Assembly (NCBI RefSeq): GCF_026210795.1
Contig: NC_089430.1
Coordinates: forward strand, 1,054,001-1,118,000
Source of the DNA: Rhizophagus irregularis
Lineage: Eukaryota
Direction of reading: 5' to 3'
DNA: 64,000 bases
Part shown: in pieces, positions 13,191-24,467 of the stretch
How positions within the stretch are numbered: the first letter of the stretch is position 1
How the letters are laid out: the number at the start of each line of letters is the position of its first letter
Notes under the pieces: model-generated
The model's input: only the letters and a program-made list of their open reading frames with translations
The model's database searches: none
Told to the model about the DNA's origin: nothing
Made by a program: the position numbers and the translations under genes

Positions 13191-13606
13191 ATGTTGGACC
13201 GATTACCAGTAGAAATAGTCGAACGCATTGTTGCAAAGATCCCAGATACTGACCTTATTGCAGCAAGTAAAGTAGATAGTGTGTGGTGGCAGGAGGTTCG
13301 TTAAGAAGCATATAAGAGATGGAAAAATTACACTACTACAATTGGACATGTCCAAGCTCTTGAAAAGCCGTTTGAAAAAGGGAATATTGACTGAATATCA
13401 TTTGAAGATGTAAACGACTTCTATAAAAGATGGATAGACCACCTCACCGAGGATCAGCTTTATATTATGGAGAAAATGCTTAGGAATGGGATGGTCGTGA
13501 ACCCCAAGAGAGGGAAACCATAGAGCATGCATTAAGTGAACAAAGATGGGGAGGCGACCCTTGGGGACTGAACTGGGAGTGGAACGAATGGACTCAACAG
13601 GAGTAG
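13191..13606 (+). pseudogene. F-box-like protein (copy A only), with premature stops
   Basis: Manual translation MLDRLPVEIVERIVAKIPDTDLIAASKVDSVWWQEVR* fits the F-box consensus LP.EI...I......DL.....V...W. Confidence 0.65.
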
Positions 13607-13865
13607 CTTATTTATCGGGTATCCTCATATTTCTCGACAAGAACTGATGACCATGTAACCTTATCATCAGGTATCCTTGCATTTTTTCGACAAGGATTGA
13701 TGACCATGTAACCTTATTATCAGGTATCCTTGAATTTTTTCAACAAGGATTGAAAGGATTGATAGATCTCTTACCGCCGATCTATTGACCAAAAATTTTT
13801 GGAAAGAAAATTTTATATCTTCGTACTAACAACTCTTATATTTTACCCAACCCATACCTTCTAAC

Positions 13866-15998
13866 ATGTCTAGAAACCTTGCTAGAAGAGGTGGCGGCAG
13901 CTATAATCCTAATAGTAACAAGGCTGCTCGTCAAGAAAAGAAAAATAATAAAAAACAACTCTCTGATAACTCTGGTTCTGATAGTGATAATAATTCCCAA
14001 AAACGTTCCCGTACACTTACAAAAGACTCCATGGATGAAGACTATGAAGATTTCGTTGCCGACGCGCCGGCTGATGGTGGTTTAGTTGGTTCAACTTTGA
14101 CCGCTATTCCTCAACAAAATAATTCCCGCAGCACCGCCCAAGAAAATACTCAAGCTTCTACCCCGAATAATTCTGCTGCGCCCACTGCGTCTGGCCAAGA
14201 CGCGTCCTCTGGAGCTAACGCGTCAATTCATGCACCTCGAAACAAAGAAAATAACTCATCCCCTAACGCGTCCCCTAATATGGATGCAAATGATGGTACA
14301 TCGCCCGATCATGCTGTCGATCCCTCCCCAACTATTACCATTAATCGTCAAGATTTCCTGGCTGCGGCTGCGCCCAACTCCGCTCCCCAAACTCTAGAGA
14401 AACTTAAAACTAATAAGGAAATCATTGATGCCGTTAACAACTTATTTTTAGAAACATACGAATCATATACCGGTCGTGCTCGTATGACTGGTTCAGGGGA
14501 CGCCAAACGTCTCATCATTCACTTCCATACTGCGGAGGCTCGTGACTTGTGTGTTGGTAGCACACACTCGGAATTTTCAGACCTACAATTCCACCTGTAC
14601 GATCCCAAACAGCTCCGGTCCGATGAAGACCTCCGTGCTATTCAAGTCACGGATATACCATTCTTCATTACCAAACCCCAATTATAATCCTATTTCAAGA
14701 AATTTGGCAATTTGCTGTCCCTTCATCTCTATTCAAGAAAAGGTGCCAAAATGCAACAAGCCCGCATCGTTTATGATCATGCCGATGCCATCGCCCGTTT
14801 TACCACCCAATGGGCAGTTTATTGTTTTTCCACCTGTTTGCGCGTTACTCCCTGTCACTATTCAGTGGATCAAAAAGCTGCTCGTCGTGAATTTGTTGCT
14901 GTCCTTTCTGGACTCCCTGCTAACACTAAAGACATCCATCTTGCTCCATTAGTTAAAGAACACGGAGCCAAAGCCATTAATATTCCTCTTTCCTTAAACT
15001 CATATAAACCTAAACCATGGGCTTATGTTACTTTCAATTCACAAGCGACAATGGATGCCGCTATGGAACAAACGATAGGATTCCAAGGTCGTACTCTTCG
15101 GTGGGGTACTTCCAACGATTCGAAAGCCCTTTGCCACAGATGTGGAAAACTTGGATGTGCTCCTACCTCCTGCCCACTCAACCAACGCCGCGGACGCTCA
15201 CGTACACGTGACCCTGTTGCCGCCCTTAAAGAACGTTTCAACATTGGCCAAAGACCTGCTCAACAAAGATCTTCGCGTAATAGTTCTCGGTCTCGATCTC
15301 GTTCTAAATCCCGGGATCGTTCTGCCTCTGCTCAACGTTCTAATTCAAACCCCAATCGCCCTAATAATAATAATAACAGCAATAACAATACTATACCCCC
15401 TTCTTCCGGTTTAGCTAATCCTTCTACTTCTGCTCATGGACGAACACCTTCCAATAATCGGAAAGGCAAAGATAGATCTGTTTCCTTTTCGTCCAATGCT
15501 CGCACTCCACTTTCCGATTCAAACACTTCTAATGCCCTTGAGGCTGCCCTCAAGATACTTAACGTTTTACAAACTCTTCAACAAGATGTTGCACGAGTGG
15601 AATCCCGCATTTCAACCCTTGAACTTAACAACCAACGGCTGTCTGCTATTGAAGCCCATTTAGGCATCAACCCTCCCTCCGCACCTGTTGTCAATTCTGA
15701 ACCTGATCGGATGGAAGAAGACCCTCCTGAAACTACTGGTACTCTAATTCCACATCCTAATGCTCCCTTATCTTCTGGTGCAAAGAATTCCTCTTCTCCC
15801 AAATCTACACCCAATAATGTTCCGCACTCAGTTCCTACGTCCATCTCTAACCCTTCCCTGCAAGATGAATTGAATTCGGTTATCCAAGATCAAAAAGCGA
15901 TTAAAGATACTTTGCAATCGCTCACTGGTTCCATTCAAGGTTTTATTGCTTCTCTTGGTGGTTCTCCCTCCAATCGAGCTTCTGCTCCTTCGCAATAA
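13866..15998 (+). pseudogene. LINE ORF1 (RRM-like domains, zinc knuckle, RS-rich region, coiled coil) with one in-frame stop at 14685
   Basis: ORFs 13866-14687 and 14712-15998 share a frame; KPWAYVTF RNP1-like motif; CHRCGKLGCAPTSC knuckle. Confidence 0.8.
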
Positions 15999-16044
15999 TT
16001 GTTTTCTGTTCCCCTTCCCCGTTCCTGATTATCATTGTGCTCTA

Positions 16045-19000
16045 ATGTCAGACAATTTTAATTATGATACATTTGTTCGTAACCCACCCAACCCCGTAGA
16101 TACTTATATTTTTTCAGAACATGAATCTTTATTTACTACCTCGAATTCTTCTCCTATCCCTAATTCTTTTAATATTTCATCCTTTAATGTTAATGGCCTT
16201 CGCCATAATAGTCAAGTTAAAATTGAGCAAATTTCTAATTTCTTCAATCTCAAACATATTTCCTTTGGTGGTATCGTAGATACCCATTTATCCCCTAAAC
16301 AAATTCATTTCTTATCTAAACGCCTCCCTAACTATACTGTCTTTTCATCTGATATAGATAAAACCAAACAAGTTAATTCCACTGGTGGCGTTTCCCTTTT
16401 CATTGAAAAATCCCTTGCTTCTCATGTACAAGATTTTGTTTCACATTCTTCACGTATTTTATCTGTTGATCTCTATTTCAAAGGCAACATTAAATTGCGT
16501 ATTTTTGTTATATATATTCCCCCTATCTCTGATTCTAAACTACGGTCAGAAACTATTGATCTCCTATTACAACTCCTGGTGCAAGCCAAACAACAAAATT
16601 TTTATCACGCCATTTGTGGTGATTTTAATATGCACCTAGATACATATTACCCTATTTATTTTAATCGCCCTGCTACTGCTTCGCAACGAGCTTATCGTTT
16701 GCTTCATCATCTTTTATCTCATGGTTACGAAGAAACTTTCCCTGTTAACGCTTCTAATTCCTTAGGCACCTTTCACCGTGATGACCAAGTTACTCGTATA
16801 GACTATGTTTGGTCTTGCCCAATGCTAAAAAGCTACGCTCTCACTTCTTATATTTTTGACGCCCAAGACACCTGCTCTTCGGACCACAATCCTATCATCA
16901 CGTATTTTGATGATTCACTCTTGGTTGCGTCTATCAAGGTTGCTCGTGCTAAACAACTTCAACGTCAGACTCGACGCGTTTTTAAACTCGATTCCGTCAC
17001 TACTCAACAATGGGAATCCTTTTCTACACATACTGATTCCTTATGCGACGTTTCTCCTTCAATCTTCTCAACATGGCACATCAATCAACAATGTGAATAT
17101 TTACATTCCCGAATTGTGAAAGCTGCTAATACTTCCCTTCCGTCCGTTACAGTTGGAAATCAACATGTACCCACGATGCCCAAGGATTTAGAAGCTTTGA
17201 CTCAACATTATCGTTTCCTCAGCCGTTTGTTGCATTCGATACGCTTATTGCGAAAATATCCTTCCACATATTATAATAGATATGAACGTACTTGGTCCAT
17301 TCATTTCATTCGACTTCAAAAGATTCTTTATCTTTACAAGAAGGTTATTCCTTCTCCCCCTATTTTACCTACTTCTTTGTCCACATGTAGGCAAGACGAA
17401 TTTAAATTTTTACTGGAATCTTTAAAGACTATTTCTTGCGCCCTCCATGGTTTCCTTCTTCTCAAAGAAAAAGATTTTCAAGATTCTTCCATTCGTGCCA
17501 AATTGGACGATAGGGATACCCATTTTGAAACTGATATTTCCTCATTTATTAATTCTGCTCTCTCAAGGACTCGACGCCGTATCACTTTGGATCGTGTTTT
17601 TATTGACCACCCTACACAACCTAAACTTTTAACGGACCCACACGACATTGATGACGCTGTTATCAACCATTTCCAGAATTCCGTACCCATCAAATCGACT
17701 CCTCCTGATAATATTTCAGCTCTTCCTGAAAGATGGTCTTCTGCTTATCGTCCTATGGACGATGTGGATTCTTCTATTTATAATTCCTTATTGGATCCTC
17801 CTACTCTTGAAGAATGGTTATCTACGGTCTCTTCTATGCCTAATGACAAAGCTCCTGGTCCTTCTATGATCACTTATGAAATGCTTAAGCACCTGGGTTC
17901 CAATACTTCAGCTTTGGTTTTAATCCTGGTCCAATCCTGCCTTTACACTGCAGATATTCCTGATTTATGGCGTCAAGCTATGGTTTTCCCTATCCCTAAA
18001 CCTCACGAATGGAAATGTCAACTTATGAATACTAGACCTATAACTTTACTTGAAGTAATTAGGAAATCTTTGGTCAAACTTTTTTATAATCGTCTTGCTT
18101 CCATTTTGGCTTCAAAGGAAGTTTTGAAAGGAGGTAACTTCGCCGGTCTCCCTGGAGGTTCTTGTCGCGACCCTATTGTCGTCCTGGAATCTATTATCCA
18201 TGATGCTCATGTCAACAAGTCGCCGCTTTGGATTCTCTCACAAGATATTTCGAAGGCTTTCGACTCAGTTGATCTCAAGATGTTGCGTTTTGCTTTAGAA
18301 CGCATTAAACTTCCTGCTTCTGCTACCAAGTTTATTTTATCCCTTTTTATGAAACGCTCTAATCGCGTTTTTACTGCTCATGGAACTACACCTTCCTACC
18401 GCGTTTGTATTGGTATAGATCAAGGCGAAGTTATCTCTCCCTTACTTTGGGTTATATATATAGACCCTTTATTGACTATTCTTAAGAATGAAATGATGGA
18501 TCCCTACATACTTCATGCTCCTTCTTTATCTAATCCCTTGGCTGAGATTAGTTCAGACGAACTACGCATCAACAACTTGGTCTTTATGGATGATTCTACT
18601 TTAATTTCTTCATCCAAACTTGGAATGGAATTGATGCTCTCTATCACGGAAGAATTTTATCAAATCAATAATACTTCCGCTAATCATAACAAATATGTTT
18701 TAATTACTAATTCGTTGCCTCCCACTTCAGTTTCTTCACCTTCTCCAGTCGTGTTTGACTTGCAATTATCTGAACTGAATAAAGTTCCCTCCATTTCTAT
18801 TGTGCCCATCGCCATGAATAGCTCTTTCCGCTTCCTGGGTGTCTGGTTCAATGTCGCTGGTTCTCGCGATTTTGTCAAAAAGCAAGTTGCTCGAGAATGC
18901 AACTCTTTCGCTGCTACCGTTCGCCCTGCCAAATTATCTGCTAAACAAGTAGTTTATTTACACAATACCGTCCTTATTCCCAAATTGGAATATCGCATGC

Positions 19001-21666
19001 AAGTCACTCACCTCTCCGAATCTGAATGTGCCTCGGCAACCAGCAGTATCCGTTCCTTGGTTAAACATAAGGCCAATTTTTCACGTGTACTCCCTGATTC
19101 TATTTTGTTTTTATCTCAAGGCTTGGGATTGATTAATTTATTTTTTCATCAATCACAAACACATTTAACTAATTTATTTTTATTAGCTAATTCTTCTTCT
19201 TCTTTTATGAAAAATTTATTATTATATAGATTACGTTTAATTCAATTTTCTTTTTTGATTCCTATTTCCCCATTGTTAGTTAAAGATTGGACTATATGGT
19301 CTAAACTTTTTGCTTTCAAACAGGATTATATCGCTTGCGCTATTGCTCTCCTGACCACCACTCCTTTCAAGTTGTCACGTTCTCAACTTTCAACTTTGCC
19401 TGCCCTTACTATACCTGATGGTCATACACCTTTATTTGAAGTTATGACTCCAAATATTTTTATATCTTATTTCCGACGCCTTAGAAGTCTGCAACTTTAT
19501 TACCTATCTCAGTTCATCACGCCTCAAGGAACCCATATGATCACTTGGAATGTTTACTTATCCAATTTATCAAGTAGGAAAGGTCATCGAGTCCTCCCGC
19601 ATAAGTGGTTCAATGACATCCGTCAAAACGTCACTATTCCAAATTCCAATTCTTTCCTTTTGGATCAATTCTCCTCTGATGCTACTCCTTCAAATGTTGA
19701 CTTGATCCCAGCCTTTGGTTCCTCTAGAAAATCCATGAAATGGATCGTGACTTTGGACGAAGATGGTTCTCCTCTTTTTGGAAAACAACTCAGCAAACAA
19801 CAATATTCTTGCAAGATTGTCTATTGGACCTCTGATTGTGTGACTCGACCTAATGATGTTATCACGCTCGCTCCTTGTCCTGGTTGTTCTAAACATGTAC
19901 CGGTTTCTCATACTAAAAACCAACCATCCGATGTTACTCCCTTATGTATCATTCCAAAACTCTCTCCACTTAGATCTTTAATTCTTCCTACAACGCAGGA
20001 GCGTATTAGATATGACACCGTCAATATTACTTCTCCCTTCACTTGGGCGGACCTTGATGAAACTGTTCGATCCTATTATGGTCGTTTGGACACTCAACCT
20101 AATTTTTCACAAGTAGATGTGGTTACTCTTCCTACTCCTTCTTTTCCTCCCTCTTTGGACTCGGCTGCCTCTTTTGCTTTTGCTGCCTCGCCGTTAGCGA
20201 CTCCTCCTGATAACCATTATTGTTTTTATACCGATGGTTCTTTAATTAACCTTGGCACTCCTGTTGTTTCTATGGGTTGGTCTTGGGTTCAAGTCCTCGA
20301 TGGCGCTGGTTTTTTCCAATCTATCGCTGCTCATGCTCATGGAATTATTCACAATTGGCCTTCCTCCACAAGAGCTGAAATCGCTGCTATACATGCTGCC
20401 CTTACAGTCACTCCACCCTCTTCAACAGTCACTATTCATACTGACTCTCAATCTGCCATAGATGGTCTTCGTCTATGTGCTACCTTTTCTTATTCCAATA
20501 GTAGGCTTTATTACAAGACCACCAATTTCGAACTCTGGGCTATTATTGAACGTCTCATTTCTTCCAAATCTTTATCCGTCATGGCTGTTAAAGTGAAAAG
20601 TCACTCTGGTAATTTCTACAATGACTACGCGGACTCTTTGGCCAACTCTGCGCATTCTTCTTCTTCAGCAATTCTTCTCTCTGATCTGGACCAAATATCT
20701 CCTCACGATTTCTTATTAACATATGATGATATTTTATGTGAATCCAACCCACGACGCCTATTTAAGCAATATTCGCAAATGCTGTGGATGTATAGATTAA
20801 CGCGTCTATCGCGTTTTAACTTTACCATTGCTTTATCTTCTACCCCAGATTTCGTGATTGATTGGGATCTTACCTGGTTCTCGTTAAATTCAGAACCTCA
20901 GCATGATGCCTTTTTTACTCGTGCTCATGCTTCCTCTCATCACACCTTCAAATTCAAACTCTTTTTGGAAGATTTACCTATCTTGGAACATCTTAAAAGA
21001 ATTCGCCCGGACTTGTATATCGACATCTTATTGTGTCGTTCATGCCTCGACTCCAAGGAAGATTTCATGCACTTGTTTATGTGCAAATGTAGACGAATCG
21101 CTATGGAACAGATTCTCCTCTCCTACCAACGTCATTTTATCAACAAACTTCAAGAAGCTGGTGATCTCGTTAAAAAAGATCCCTCTTTAATTATTAACAA
21201 ATTTAAATCTCTTCCTTGTTGGTCCTTTTCTTCTTCAAATTGGACTTCATATAGTCTTGTCTGTGGCTGCCTTCCGAAATCCTTTGTTGAATTTTTTGAA
21301 GAACTTTCTGTTCCACGTAACTCTGCAATGAAGGTTATCTCTGCCATCCATAATCACTTTATCCAAAAGATCAGAAAACGAATTTGGCTACCGCGCTCCT
21401 ATGATAAATCTAAATGGGAAGACGCGATGAATATTACTCATAAACTCAAACTCTCTCGGCCTTCAAATTTGCCGAAGCCTACGTACTTACCTTTCTCAAC
21501 TTTACCTCCTCCGACCCTTTCCAATGACGCACGTGACTCCGACGTTGATTATTTAAAGAACTCGATGAAATATGGTTTGCCTTGGTTTAATCACTATTCG
21601 GGTTTTATAAGTCGTCTAACGGTGCAACTTACTAACAGCTTTAGCAGGGTGGTGTGTCGATTTTAA
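16045..21666 (+). CDS. LINE ORF2 polyprotein: AP endonuclease, reverse transcriptase, RNase H, C-terminal Cys/His motif
   Basis: APE: SFNVNGL, GDFN, RIDYVW, SDHNP. RT: RPITLL, DISKAFDSV, QGEVISPLL, FMDD, FLGVW. RNase H: YTDGS, RAEI, TDSQ, KSHSGN..ND.AD. C-terminal CRSC...HLFMC. First ATG at 16045. Confidence 0.95.
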   Translation: MSDNFNYDTFVRNPPNPVDTYIFSEHESLFTTSNSSPIPNSFNISSFNVNGLRHNSQVKIEQISNFFNLKHISFGGIVDTHLSPKQIHFLSKRLPNYTVFSSDIDKTKQVNSTGGVSLFIEKSLASHVQDFVSHSSRILSVDLYFKGNIKLRIFVIYIPPISDSKLRSETIDLLLQLLVQAKQQNFYHAICGDFNMHLDTYYPIYFNRPATASQRAYRLLHHLLSHGYEETFPVNASNSLGTFHRDDQVTRIDYVWSCPMLKSYALTSYIFDAQDTCSSDHNPIITYFDDSLLVASIKVARAKQLQRQTRRVFKLDSVTTQQWESFSTHTDSLCDVSPSIFSTWHINQQCEYLHSRIVKAANTSLPSVTVGNQHVPTMPKDLEALTQHYRFLSRLLHSIRLLRKYPSTYYNRYERTWSIHFIRLQKILYLYKKVIPSPPILPTSLSTCRQDEFKFLLESLKTISCALHGFLLLKEKDFQDSSIRAKLDDRDTHFETDISSFINSALSRTRRRITLDRVFIDHPTQPKLLTDPHDIDDAVINHFQNSVPIKSTPPDNISALPERWSSAYRPMDDVDSSIYNSLLDPPTLEEWLSTVSSMPNDKAPGPSMITYEMLKHLGSNTSALVLILVQSCLYTADIPDLWRQAMVFPIPKPHEWKCQLMNTRPITLLEVIRKSLVKLFYNRLASILASKEVLKGGNFAGLPGGSCRDPIVVLESIIHDAHVNKSPLWILSQDISKAFDSVDLKMLRFALERIKLPASATKFILSLFMKRSNRVFTAHGTTPSYRVCIGIDQGEVISPLLWVIYIDPLLTILKNEMMDPYILHAPSLSNPLAEISSDELRINNLVFMDDSTLISSSKLGMELMLSITEEFYQINNTSANHNKYVLITNSLPPTSVSSPSPVVFDLQLSELNKVPSISIVPIAMNSSFRFLGVWFNVAGSRDFVKKQVARECNSFAATVRPAKLSAKQVVYLHNTVLIPKLEYRMQVTHLSESECASATSSIRSLVKHKANFSRVLPDSILFLSQGLGLINLFFHQSQTHLTNLFLLANSSSSFMKNLLLYRLRLIQFSFLIPISPLLVKDWTIWSKLFAFKQDYIACAIALLTTTPFKLSRSQLSTLPALTIPDGHTPLFEVMTPNIFISYFRRLRSLQLYYLSQFITPQGTHMITWNVYLSNLSSRKGHRVLPHKWFNDIRQNVTIPNSNSFLLDQFSSDATPSNVDLIPAFGSSRKSMKWIVTLDEDGSPLFGKQLSKQQYSCKIVYWTSDCVTRPNDVITLAPCPGCSKHVPVSHTKNQPSDVTPLCIIPKLSPLRSLILPTTQERIRYDTVNITSPFTWADLDETVRSYYGRLDTQPNFSQVDVVTLPTPSFPPSLDSAASFAFAASPLATPPDNHYCFYTDGSLINLGTPVVSMGWSWVQVLDGAGFFQSIAAHAHGIIHNWPSSTRAEIAAIHAALTVTPPSSTVTIHTDSQSAIDGLRLCATFSYSNSRLYYKTTNFELWAIIERLISSKSLSVMAVKVKSHSGNFYNDYADSLANSAHSSSSAILLSDLDQISPHDFLLTYDDILCESNPRRLFKQYSQMLWMYRLTRLSRFNFTIALSSTPDFVIDWDLTWFSLNSEPQHDAFFTRAHASSHHTFKFKLFLEDLPILEHLKRIRPDLYIDILLCRSCLDSKEDFMHLFMCKCRRIAMEQILLSYQRHFINKLQEAGDLVKKDPSLIINKFKSLPCWSFSSSNWTSYSLVCGCLPKSFVEFFEELSVPRNSAMKVISAIHNHFIQKIRKRIWLPRSYDKSKWEDAMNITHKLKLSRPSNLPKPTYLPFSTLPPPTLSNDARDSDVDYLKNSMKYGLPWFNHYSGFISRLTVQLTNSFSRVVCRF

Positions 21667-22121
21667 TAATGGGCGCATTGTTCGTTGGTTTGTTTGCATA
21701 GTTGCTTCTTCTTAGGTTGGAATATATCTAGGCGGGGGATCAGGATAGTTTTAGTGTTATGCGATTTTTTCCTTTTTGAATTAATTTTATAGCTTTATTA
21801 CTGTTTTGGAGACTATATAGTTTTGTTTTTAGTTAATTTTATTTTTCTTTTTTGTACTTTGAAAATTTTATTTTATTTTTGTAAGTTCGTTAAATAAATT
21901 TAATAAAGATAAAGGCTACTATGCCATATTTGCCTCGACAAGGATTGATGACCATATAACCTTATCATCAGGTATCCTTGCATTTTTTAATAAGGACTGA
22001 TGACCATGTAATCTTATCATCAGGTATTCTTGTATTTTTTGATAAGGACTGATGACCATGTCACTTGGTTATTGTAAATTGAAGAAAACTATTAGGTATG
22101 TAGACACATACAGAAAAAGAC

Positions 22122-22699
22122 ATGTCTTACCCTTATATAGCTAACCCTATAACTGGACGTCCAATTATTATTGGTGGAGATACCTTTAATCGAATAGTTA
22201 TGGAATCCCATGATTATATTGATGGAAGGCTTGTCCGTAGACAAACTGCACTTCCACCTGAGGAGCAACCTGTATATTTAAATACAGATCAGGACATTAT
22301 GTTCGACGTGGTACTAGAATATATCATAGACTGATTGAGAGTGACTATGAGGTAGTTGAGGACTACTACCTTATCCATTATGAAGAAGAAGAGCTTATAG
22401 AGGAAATCATCAATGAAACACGCTATAATGAGGAAAATCTTGATGGCAAGCGGTTAACTTTCAATGATATACAACAAATCAGAACTGCTATTCAGGCTGA
22501 CCAAGATGAATATGATGATTTTATCTCACAGCAGGATATGACTGATATGACAACTATCGGTCCTTCCGGTCGTCCACAAACTTTGGAGGACCATGCCCCG
22601 AGACTTGCAGAGCTTAATATTGAGTTGTGTAGGGAATGTCTCATGCCTGTAAGCCCAAGTGACTTAACGGACAAGTTGTGCAAGGACTGCTCCGAATAG
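22122..22699 (+). pseudogene. Small protein with two NPxTGR-type repeats and a C-terminal C4 zinc finger (copy A, frameshifted)
   Basis: NPITGRPIIIGGDTFNRI and (from copy B) NTDTGRYVRRGTRTYHRL; ends LCRECLMPVSPSDLTDKLCKDCSE. Confidence 0.6.
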
Positions 22700-22744
22700 T
22701 TACTTAATTTTGAATAATTCTTTTTTACATAAAGAAAGATAGCC

Positions 22745-23304
22745 ATGTCAACATCAATCGTAATAAACCAGTGTCAAAACTGTGGAGTAATCACTCCAAA
22801 AACAGCACATAGAGGATTATCCAGTGTATTATACAGACAGATTATAAAGAAGATTAGTGATGAAAATGACCCTCTACAAGCCTTGGGACTTGCTAGGGAT
22901 AAGTTAGTTCAGATCATTCGTCGGGAAGTAATGTGGACTTTACACAATTGTTTACACAAAGACTGGATATAAAAATTATGGATGGAGAGCCATATGAAGA
23001 TATTAGGAAGTGGCTTCTCGAACAGCTTATAGCCATAGGTTGTGACAGTGGAGAAATTGCTTTATATCAATTTCTAAGGGATACATATTTAGATAGTATT
23101 GACGAGCCTTTCACTACATTCTATGAGAACTATGTAAATCATATAAGTAATCCAATGACTAAGAACTTTGCTTCTCGTGCTTTAGGAGCAATAGGGTTGA
23201 AGGCTAAGATGTTAAGGATTAACTTTGAAGGCCGTAAAAAAAGTGCTATGATTCTTAGAACTTCTGCAGACGAATTACTTGATATTCTCACAAGATACTA
23301 TTAA
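22745..23304 (+). pseudogene. 186-aa protein homologue (copy A, one frameshift)
   Basis: Matches intact 32391-32951 of copy B. Confidence 0.7.
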
Positions 23305-24080
23305 TCCCTACTTGTAATGCTCGACGGTCCATGTGGCTCTTAGAAAAGATCTGTAGAAGGACTTCAATACCTTCTATTATTTTTTTATTATCCAGAGGGC
23401 GACTAGACTTCAGGGCTTCATATTGGAAGAATAACTCCTTCACATTCTCAGTTTTCAGAGTTTCAGTCTTTGCAGTCCTACCCTGTACTTTAGCTAAGAA
23501 GTCCTGAAAGTCAGCTCCTAGGGTCTTACTAGAGAGTCCATAAGCTTCCCGAAAGACATATTTAATCCAGATATCTGTATTCTTGGCTAAGACACCAGGT
23601 ACAAGTAAATGTTTACGTTCTTTAGGGGATGGAAATACCCGAGCAAATTCAATCAAGTGTCCACCTTTTTTTGCTTCAGATACAGCTTTCTGACCATAGG
23701 GACTAAACTTGGATCGAACTGTGATTGAACTGGGTTCAGACTGAGATCGAACTGGGTTCAAACTTGGATCAAACTGAGATTGAACTGAGATCGAACTAGG
23801 ATTGAACTGAGATTGCTCTGAGATCGAACTGAGACTAGTATCCCATCTTACTCGAATGGACAGTGGATCACTTTTGGACCGTCTAAGATCAAACACTACA
23901 AATTCACGTTGCAGAGTAAGATTATCAATTACTGGTGCTAATGACTCTGATTCTTCTGTATATAGGCGGATGATTCTCTTGGTATCTGTAAGGCTCCCAT
24001 GACCTCCATGCAGTGAGATGTAGTTAACATTTTCTCGAATAGCCTTAAGAATGGCAAAGAATCTTTGGGCTACATAAATA
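23288..24080 (-). pseudogene. Packaging ATPase copy A, 3' part (continues at 41287-41312 and 57706-58120)
   Basis: Reverse complement of the copy B ATPase; joins seamlessly across the pogo TA and the hAT GTCGTCCA duplications. Confidence 0.88.
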
Positions 24081-24467
24081 CCGTATAGCGCTGCATATAG
24101 TACCTGGGGTACTATTCAAAAACGCCAGCCTAAATTAAATAGTACCCGGGGGGGTATTATGTGAGGAGGAGGGTACTATAAAAAGGGGGTACATTGTAAA
24201 GGGGGTACTAATCATGTGATAATATTATTAACAGTTAAGTAATCAAAAGAACTCTAACAATTTTCAACCGCAAAATTTAAAATAAAATAAAAAACTTCAG
24301 ATGTAAAATGTAAAAATTTTGTAAATTCGGAAATTATTGTAATGATGATCGTAATTCAGATCAGAATAAATCATGAAATTCAATCGTGTTTTTCGCGTTT
24401 TTATTCTGCAACTTTTATTTCATATAAAATGGGTCCCCGCGCAAACAAAAGAATTAACCGCTAAACA

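Larger units (their letters stand above)
13754..21934 (+). mobile_element. Full-length LINE (non-LTR retrotransposon; APE-RT-RNase H type)
   Basis: ORF1 + ORF2. ~14-bp TSD TC(A/G)ACAAGGATTGA (13740-13753, 21935-21948). Absent from copy B. Confidence 0.9.
13634..22062. repeat. 53-bp tandem array (~5 units) of copy A, split by the LINE
   Basis: Unit TCGACAAGGATTGATGACCATGTAACCTTATCATCAGGTATCCTTGCATTTTT starting at 13634, 13687, 13740/21935, 21988 and ~22040. Confidence 0.85.

Noticed and set aside
13634..22062. CRISPR-like array from the 53-bp repeats (also the repeats at 49045-51160)
   Set aside because: Units are contiguous tandem repeats without unique spacers; no cas genes; eukaryotic context.
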